A stretch of DNA of 45,154 bases from Fibrobacterales bacterium (GTDB taxonomy: Bacteria > Fibrobacterota > Fibrobacteria > Fibrobacterales > JAOPTW01). Of the stretch, positions 39,334 through 45,154 are shown one piece after another (the first letter of the stretch is position 1; each line of letters starts with the position of its first letter). A program made the translations under genes and the position numbers. The DNA lies in contig JAOPTW010000065.1 in assembly GCA_051532035.1 (NCBI GenBank), forward strand, positions 1-45,154, in the 5' to 3' direction. Under the pieces are notes generated by a model. The model ran no database searches. It was not told the origin of the DNA and was given only the letters and a program-made list of their open reading frames with translations.

Positions 39334-39414
39334 CGCCGCAACTCTAAGATTTACATTAAGTTATGGTGGTTAGCTTTCTTAGGGCCTCAATTTAATCTCA
39401 CCAGTGTATCCCAG

Positions 39415-39452
39415 AAGCACCCTTTGATTATTTTGTTTAAAGGGTGTTTTTT
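39415..39452 (+). terminator. Intrinsic terminator
   Basis: AAGCACCCTTTGA..TTAAAGGGTGTTT followed by a T-run; separates the MFS gene from the motor operon. Confidence 0.7.
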
Positions 39453-39613
39453 ATAGAGGCGTACAAACTCAAACTTTTAAACCACGCACTATTTAGTTGC
39501 ACCAACTCTATATATTTGGCAAAATAGAGTTGATTGTGACTTTTAAAGTAGTTGACTGCATAGCCAAACTTGAGCTTATGGAGTGCGCTTTAATGAAGTA
39601 AATGGGGTAGTGT

Positions 39614-41440
39614 GTGCATATAACCTTACGAAATAGATCTATACCTCTTGGTGTATCGATTTGCATTTTTGTGCTCCTGAGTTTTTTTCAGGGATACAGT
39701 GGGCAACTTGATAGTCAAGAGAGTGAGATATCTGAGCAGTATGAACGTATTATTAAAAACGAAATGCTCAAATATTTTAAGGATGGCACCTTTATTGTTG
39801 ATGCAAAGGTCGCTCTTAAAGAACGGCTCGTGCCTAAGAAATATAAACGTCTCCGCACCGAAGATGAGATTGATAAACTCCCTGGGTTACCTGTACTCCC
39901 AGCTGAACTTCGAGCTGAAGTAAAAAGAAACAAGGACGACAGTGTCAAGGTATCGGACTATGATGCCATTTTTGAAGTGAAATATGCCGATGTAACGATT
40001 CTAGTTGATTCTTCATATACCCTCGATGAGTTTGGCTTTATAGTAGACCTCATAATGATGGTTGCAAACTTAGAAGAGATGCGTGGGGACCGCGTTAATA
40101 TTAGTCAAAAGAAATTTCCTGATGAGTTGTTACGATCGGGGCACCTCCAAGATAACATTGATCAGGATGCCTTTTTACCAGCTATTGAAGAACCTCTTAC
40201 TGAACGGGAGCGGATAGTGAATAGTGTCATTAAGTTACTCCCTATAATCATAGTGAGTGTTCTGCTCTTTCTCTTTTTAGTTATCACTCTTGGAATGTTA
40301 CTCAAATATTATCGGTCTAAAAACGATATTGCGAATACCGAAAAATTGACACAAATGATTCAACAGATTAGTGATCAATCAAAAGAAGGTATTATTGGCA
40401 GTGATGATGAGGCGCATGAAGGTACAGGCCCTGAAGAGCAAACTATAGAAGACCTCGCCTACAAAACAAATCGAATTTCTATACTGAACTCTTTTATTGG
40501 TAGACCAGAGAAGTCTACTGAAGTTCTAAAAAGCTGGATTGAGAAGAGCGCCGAAGAGGGCTTTAATAAAGCTGCTCAACTGGTAATGATTATTGATGAA
40601 AAAGTACTCGACGTTATCAAGCCTTTTATGACTCAACCAAATGTTGCGGGGATAGAACTGGAACTTAAAGTACTCGATAAGCCCGATGAACAGAGTGCGC
40701 TTTTGGTAATGTCTGAGTTTAAAGAGGATTATAACAAACGTATTGCCGATGATCATGAGGATAAAGATAATTATGATATCTTTAATTTTCTAAAACAGTT
40801 AACTAATGATCAGATTCTTCATGTGCTGAAAGGTGAAGAAGAGGGGATTATTGGAATCGCCCTTGCACAACTCTCTCCAAAGATCGCAGGTGAAGTGTTA
40901 CAATCTTACGATGGAGAAAAACGTTCTAAGTTGTTGATCAGTATGGGTAATATCAGTAACATCCCGGTGTCACTCTACAAAGAGGTCGCTGAACAGCTCT
41001 CTACAAAAGCACTCGAAGTGAGCAATATGCGTTCTGTTGCTGCTGATGGTATAGAGAGTATTATAGAGGTTATCGCTAATTTAAGTGTTGATGGACAAGC
41101 ACAATACATACACTCAATCTCTGAAATGGATTTGGAACTCGCTCAGAAAATTAGACGGTTCTATGTTACCTTCGATGATCTTACCACGCTTCCTGAGGAT
41201 GTATTATCGAAGGTGTTACAAGAGGTTGATCGTGACGCTCTTAGTGTAGCACTCTTACATACGAATGAAGAGTTTCTTAATCATATTCTACAACTGTTTC
41301 CTGAACGGATGCAGGCGATGCTTCAATCAGGTGTTGAAACTAATAGTGATGCTACTCCCGAAACGGTTGATAGTTCGCGAAAAGAAATATTACAGCGGGT
41401 TCGGAAAGAGCTGAAACAGTTGGGAGGGCTTCCACAATGA
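39614..41440 (+). CDS. Putative FliF(RBM3-TM-tail)/FliG(middle + C-terminal) fusion rotor protein
   Basis: Signal peptide; FliF-like YERII..F.VDAKV ... VTILVD ... ANLEEMRGDRVNI...F; one TM; FliF-tail-like PEKSTEVLKSWI; FliG-like FNFLKQL...IALAQLSP..AGEVL, DGIE.I.EV, ELAQKIRRFYVTFDDL and VLQEVDRD.L.VAL. Confidence 0.8.
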   Translation: MHITLRNRSIPLGVSICIFVLLSFFQGYSGQLDSQESEISEQYERIIKNEMLKYFKDGTFIVDAKVALKERLVPKKYKRLRTEDEIDKLPGLPVLPAELRAEVKRNKDDSVKVSDYDAIFEVKYADVTILVDSSYTLDEFGFIVDLIMMVANLEEMRGDRVNISQKKFPDELLRSGHLQDNIDQDAFLPAIEEPLTERERIVNSVIKLLPIIIVSVLLFLFLVITLGMLLKYYRSKNDIANTEKLTQMIQQISDQSKEGIIGSDDEAHEGTGPEEQTIEDLAYKTNRISILNSFIGRPEKSTEVLKSWIEKSAEEGFNKAAQLVMIIDEKVLDVIKPFMTQPNVAGIELELKVLDKPDEQSALLVMSEFKEDYNKRIADDHEDKDNYDIFNFLKQLTNDQILHVLKGEEEGIIGIALAQLSPKIAGEVLQSYDGEKRSKLLISMGNISNIPVSLYKEVAEQLSTKALEVSNMRSVAADGIESIIEVIANLSVDGQAQYIHSISEMDLELAQKIRRFYVTFDDLTTLPEDVLSKVLQEVDRDALSVALLHTNEEFLNHILQLFPERMQAMLQSGVETNSDATPETVDSSRKEILQRVRKELKQLGGLPQ

Positions 41441-42543
41441 GATGGTTATTGATATTTCTACTGGGGACGGTTTTGGTAAGTGCAAAAAGTAAGGTCACTT
41501 ATCTCAGTCCTGAGTTAAAAAGCGAAAAGGAGATGGATACCGAGTACCAGTCAGAGAGTAATACTGGTATGAGTCAGATCTATCACATAATTGATCAACT
41601 GAAAACGTCGGTGGGGGATATACCGCCGTATATAGAACGCATCGCAATTTATCAGTTGAAGGTTAAACGGGATGAATTTAATAGTGGTATGGCTCGATTT
41701 ATTCGTGGGCATATTGAAGAGGTCTTCATGCGGAGCGCTCGAAAAAAGATGGTTACCGCACCTGAACTGAGTAGGGTACGAATACTATCTACTGATTCAT
41801 CGTTTAATATGTCAAGCTCACTCCCTACAACAGATGAACTCTGGGATCTCGGCGATAAACTGCGAATTGACGGTTTCTTAGAAGGGTCAATAACCCGGAC
41901 TGCGGAGGGTGATGTAATGCTCAGTCTTAAAATCTTTAAACATAAAACCAATGAGCAAGTGTGGTCGGTTAACCTCGTGGCGGGTCCCAATAAAGTAGAG
42001 GATAATTATCTGGATTATGAAGTTAATGTGAAAGCGAGTTTCTCTTATTGGCCCATTGAAAAATTTACCCAAGACGCAGAGTCATTTACCGAAGAGCTTA
42101 CCTTGTATGGATATTCCTTTGATATTATGATCAGTGAAGCGACTACGGTTGATCGGTTTTTCTATATGGCACTCTATGCTGGTTTTGGAATGTTCAATCC
42201 TATGTCGGCAAAAGAGAATGATGAGACTTTTAGTAAACTTTCTAAGAAGTTTCCTATAGACCTTGGGTTTGAAATGACAGGCATCATAGTGCCAAAAAAG
42301 AATAAAGACGAAGGCTATTGGCTCGGTATAACAACAGGAGTTAAAACCCTCATCTTTGATAATCTCTGGTCGGTTAATGCTGGCTTTAAAAGCCGTCTAA
42401 CGCCACATTTTGGGATTGGGGCTGGAGCCAATATTTGGCCTATAAACACAACCTTTGAACCAAGTTTGCTTGATGGTACGACTAATTATGAACTTAAAAT
42501 GGAGATGGTATCCTATGAAGGCTATTTACACTACTATTTTTAA
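41437..42543 (+). CDS. Secreted protein: FlgO/FlgT/CsgG-like domain plus C-terminal outer-membrane beta-barrel
   Basis: Signal peptide; RIAIYQL...LGDKLRIDGFLEGSI...LSLKIF...EQVWS; amphipathic strands ending YEGYLHYYF; ATGA overlap with the upstream gene. Confidence 0.65.
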   Translation: MRWLLIFLLGTVLVSAKSKVTYLSPELKSEKEMDTEYQSESNTGMSQIYHIIDQLKTSVGDIPPYIERIAIYQLKVKRDEFNSGMARFIRGHIEEVFMRSARKKMVTAPELSRVRILSTDSSFNMSSSLPTTDELWDLGDKLRIDGFLEGSITRTAEGDVMLSLKIFKHKTNEQVWSVNLVAGPNKVEDNYLDYEVNVKASFSYWPIEKFTQDAESFTEELTLYGYSFDIMISEATTVDRFFYMALYAGFGMFNPMSAKENDETFSKLSKKFPIDLGFEMTGIIVPKKNKDEGYWLGITTGVKTLIFDNLWSVNAGFKSRLTPHFGIGAGANIWPINTTFEPSLLDGTTNYELKMEMVSYEGYLHYYF

Positions 42544-43171
42544 CGGGTTCATACTGGGCTCTATAGTATGTCTTTCGGCGTGCTCATCTTCATCACCTGC
42601 ATCATCGGGTGGTCGTAGTCAACAGCAGCCAAGAGATGAAAACGAAGAAAATAAACAATTAACGATTCGGTATTCTAATCAATCAACCTCTATTAAAATG
42701 GAAGTTGATCCTTTTGATGAAGACCTCTATATTGATATGAGAGGAGGGATGCATTCAAAACAATCTATATCCGCTCGGACTAATAGTGTCGATACCGTGT
42801 ATCAGATATCTCAATCAGATGAGAAATCCCAAGGGCAGCCTCAAGGTGCACAGCGCCCTATACCAAATTCAGAAGTACAGCAAAACATGCAAAACATGAA
42901 GCCACAGCAAATGAACAACAGTGTGTTGGCTCATATACGTCGTGCACAAGACTCTTTTTATAAAAAACAGTATGAGGACGCTATTGAGGCAGTAAATCAA
43001 TCTTTGCAGATTCAAAAAACGGCAGAAGGGTATGCGCTCATGGGAAGCATATATTATATGATGGACGAGATTCCCTGGGCAATAACTCAGTGGCGCAATG
43101 CTTTGGAGCTCAACCCTGATATGATCGAGATTCAAAAAATGCTCGAAAAAATTAAGAGGGACCAAGAATGA
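42515..43171 (+). CDS. TPR lipoprotein
   Basis: ATG at 42515 with GGAG RBS; lipobox LSAC; Ser/Gln-rich linker; C-terminal TPRs (AQDSFYKKQYEDAI, YALMGSIYY..AITQWRNALELNP). Confidence 0.8.
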   Translation: MKAIYTTIFNGFILGSIVCLSACSSSSPASSGGRSQQQPRDENEENKQLTIRYSNQSTSIKMEVDPFDEDLYIDMRGGMHSKQSISARTNSVDTVYQISQSDEKSQGQPQGAQRPIPNSEVQQNMQNMKPQQMNNSVLAHIRRAQDSFYKKQYEDAIEAVNQSLQIQKTAEGYALMGSIYYMMDEIPWAITQWRNALELNPDMIEIQKMLEKIKRDQE

Positions 43172-43956
43172 AATTATCACTCGATACCTTTGTAGGATCA
43201 ATTTTTGGAGTGTCACTTCTCTCATGGGGGGTGCTCAGTGCAACGAAAGATTGGGAGATGTTTCTCAGTCAGCCCAGTGCTCTTATTGTACTGGGTGGCT
43301 CGGTAACTGCTGCATTTATTGGGTTTCGCTGGCGCTACCTTAAAGCGGCACTCTTTGATATTCTTACAATTTATGCGCAACAAAGTATCAGCCCAAAAAC
43401 CCTTTCGCAAGATGTGAAAATGCTCATTGAGTGGTCAAAGAAGATTAAAGCAGATGGCAAAAAAGGCCTTAAAGAGATCATGGATGGGAGCAAAGATGAT
43501 TTTGTTAATTACACGCTAGCATTAGTGAGTACTGGTTATAAGCCAGAAGAAGTGCAAGATATGGCGGCGACCAGTATTGAGGAGCACTACTATAGGCGCT
43601 TGACTGAAACGAATATTCTCAATACTATGGCGTCTTCAGCTCCAGCTTTTGGTATGGTTGGAACGCTCATAGGGCTTATCGTGATGCTTGGTCAGATGGA
43701 AGACCCTTCTAAAATGGGTCCTGGCTTATCTATGGCATTACTCACCACACTGTACGGAGTACTTGTGGCACGATTTATATTCCAGCCAACCTCGACCAAA
43801 GTAAAACAGAAATTGGGGATCAATAGATTTCGAGAGTTTCTCATATTAAATGGAATTCTTATGATCATGGAGAAAAAATCACCTTTTTACATACAAGATA
43901 AACTGAACTCATATCTCGATCGAAAATTTCACGAAGATCATATCGTTGGTGAATAG
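43168..43956 (+). CDS. motA: MotA/PomA-family stator subunit
   Basis: PSALIVLGGS, APAFGMVGTLIGL..ML..MEDPS.MGPGLSMALLTTLYG.LVA..IF.P and P..I.DKL.SYL. Confidence 0.92.
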   Translation: MKLSLDTFVGSIFGVSLLSWGVLSATKDWEMFLSQPSALIVLGGSVTAAFIGFRWRYLKAALFDILTIYAQQSISPKTLSQDVKMLIEWSKKIKADGKKGLKEIMDGSKDDFVNYTLALVSTGYKPEEVQDMAATSIEEHYYRRLTETNILNTMASSAPAFGMVGTLIGLIVMLGQMEDPSKMGPGLSMALLTTLYGVLVARFIFQPTSTKVKQKLGINRFREFLILNGILMIMEKKSPFYIQDKLNSYLDRKFHEDHIVGE

Positions 43957-43958
43957 AT

Positions 43959-44630
43959 ATGTCACTTCAAAAGCATACGGGCAATAGGCCTCCAAATATT
44001 GATGAATCCGATGAAGGGTGGCTGAGTACCTATGCGGATATGATTACTTTGCTCATGGCGTTTTTCCTAGTACTTATCTCAATTTCAAAAGTAGATGTTG
44101 CGCTCTTTGAACAGCTTAAGCAGGGACTTCAGCAAGAGATTGCTAAAAAAGAGCGGGTCGAAACTCCCCTCGCAAAAATTAAACGGGATCTCGATTCATT
44201 ATTAGTACAGGAACGTTCTCAAGAAAAAGTTTCTATTGATTTGGGAAGAACAGGCATTACAATGCAATTTGCCAGTTCGGCTTTTTACGGGCCGGGTCGA
44301 GCTGACATCGGGCGAGAAGCAAAACGTATAATTGATAAGGTGGTAGGGGCGATTAATAATATAACGTATTACCCTTTTCAAATAGATATTGAGGGACACA
44401 CTGATAATGTACCGATCAATACTTTGAGATTCCCATCTAACTGGGAGCTCTCAGTAGCACGAGCGACTACTATTGTGAAATACTGTCTGTCAAAAGGGGT
44501 TCCTTCTGATAGGCTCAAGGCTGCAGGATATGCTGACACAAAACCAATTGTACCAAACCAAACAAAGTCAGGAAAAAACATTAGTAAGAATCAGTCAATG
44601 AATCGTCGTATTGTTATTCGGATTCATTGA
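43959..44630 (+). CDS. motB: MotB/PomB-family stator subunit with OmpA-like peptidoglycan-binding domain
   Basis: WLSTYADMITLLMAFF (conserved Asp), IEGHTDNVPI, FPSNWELSVARA, GYADTKP and NRRI.I. Confidence 0.95.
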   Translation: MSLQKHTGNRPPNIDESDEGWLSTYADMITLLMAFFLVLISISKVDVALFEQLKQGLQQEIAKKERVETPLAKIKRDLDSLLVQERSQEKVSIDLGRTGITMQFASSAFYGPGRADIGREAKRIIDKVVGAINNITYYPFQIDIEGHTDNVPINTLRFPSNWELSVARATTIVKYCLSKGVPSDRLKAAGYADTKPIVPNQTKSGKNISKNQSMNRRIVIRIH

Positions 44631-44637
44631 GGATTCT

Positions 44638-45154
44638 TTAAGATATCAAGCAAGCTTCAGCAGCTTCTTTCAATGTCTCAGAAAATGTAGGATGAGCATG
44701 TACCGTATGGGCAATATCCGAAACCGTCATTCCTGCTTTCATGATTACACCAGCTTCTGCGATGAGTTCTGATGCAACAGCACCCACAATATGAATTCCG
44801 GCAACACTACCATCTTCATGGGCAAGGATTTTAACAAACCCTTCAATCTCATTCACGGCTCGTGCTCTACCATTTGCACGAAATTGAGCGACTCCCTTTT
44901 TATAGAGTGAGCCTGATTCTTTAAGAGATTGTTCCGTGAGACCAATAGACGCAGCTTCAGGGTGAGTATATATCACCCCAGGGATTTCAGGAATCTTAGT
45001 GTCGATAGTTTTGCCAGCTATATGCTGTGCAACTAGTATTCCCTCGTATTCGGCCTTATGGGCGAGCATCATACCAGGGGCAACATCACCAATGGCATAT
45101 ATATGTTTTTGAGATGTCTCAAAATGAGGAGTGACAGTAATTTGACCGCGATCA
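44638..45154 (-). CDS. lpdA: Dihydrolipoyl dehydrogenase (3' part; starts beyond window end)
   Basis: IYAIGDV..G.MLAHKA.YEG, IPGVIYTHPE.ASIG, F.ANGRA and HAHPTFSE. Confidence 0.93.
   Translation of the reverse strand, partial: DRGQITVTPHFETSQKHIYAIGDVAPGMMLAHKAEYEGILVAQHIAGKTIDTKIPEIPGVIYTHPEAASIGLTEQSLKESGSLYKKGVAQFRANGRARAVNEIEGFVKILAHEDGSVAGIHIVGAVASELIAEAGVIMKAGMTVSDIAHTVHAHPTFSETLKEAAEACLIS

Noticed and set aside
39503..39532. Sigma54 promoter upstream of the motor operon (TTGGCAAAATAGAGTTG)
   Set aside because: No GC at the -12 position. The CAACTCTA..TAGAGTTG dyad may be an operator but is too weak to call.

Overview
Low-GC bacterial chromosomal window, probably from a Gram-negative Fibrobacterota-like organism (inferred from a fibro-slime domain lipoprotein). 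Housekeeping genes are dnaK (5' part), grpE, mnmG, queE, tmRNA/ssrA, a plant-type dapB, trpS and lpdA (3' part). They are interspersed with envelope and c-di-GMP signalling operons, a TonB-dependent receptor, a giant Cys/Asp-repeat surface lipoprotein and a carbohydrate-use cluster (GH26, MCP, MATE, GT2, GH35/GlmA-like, ROK). The standout is a compact five-gene operon at 39614-44630: an apparent FliF-FliG rotor fusion, an FlgO/FlgT-like outer-membrane protein, a TPR lipoprotein, MotA and MotB, with no other flagellar genes nearby. It is a candidate minimal non-flagellar rotary motor. Other unexplained structure includes degenerate tmRNA 3'-end copies alternating with a conserved 28-29 bp motif that recurs beyond the TonB gene, a non-coding 21/22-bp phased repeat array beside a hypothetical gene, a ~165-nt highly structured element abutting a headless ORF, and a sigma54 promoter for grpE-dnaK. 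All calls are by eye from motifs; no searches were run.
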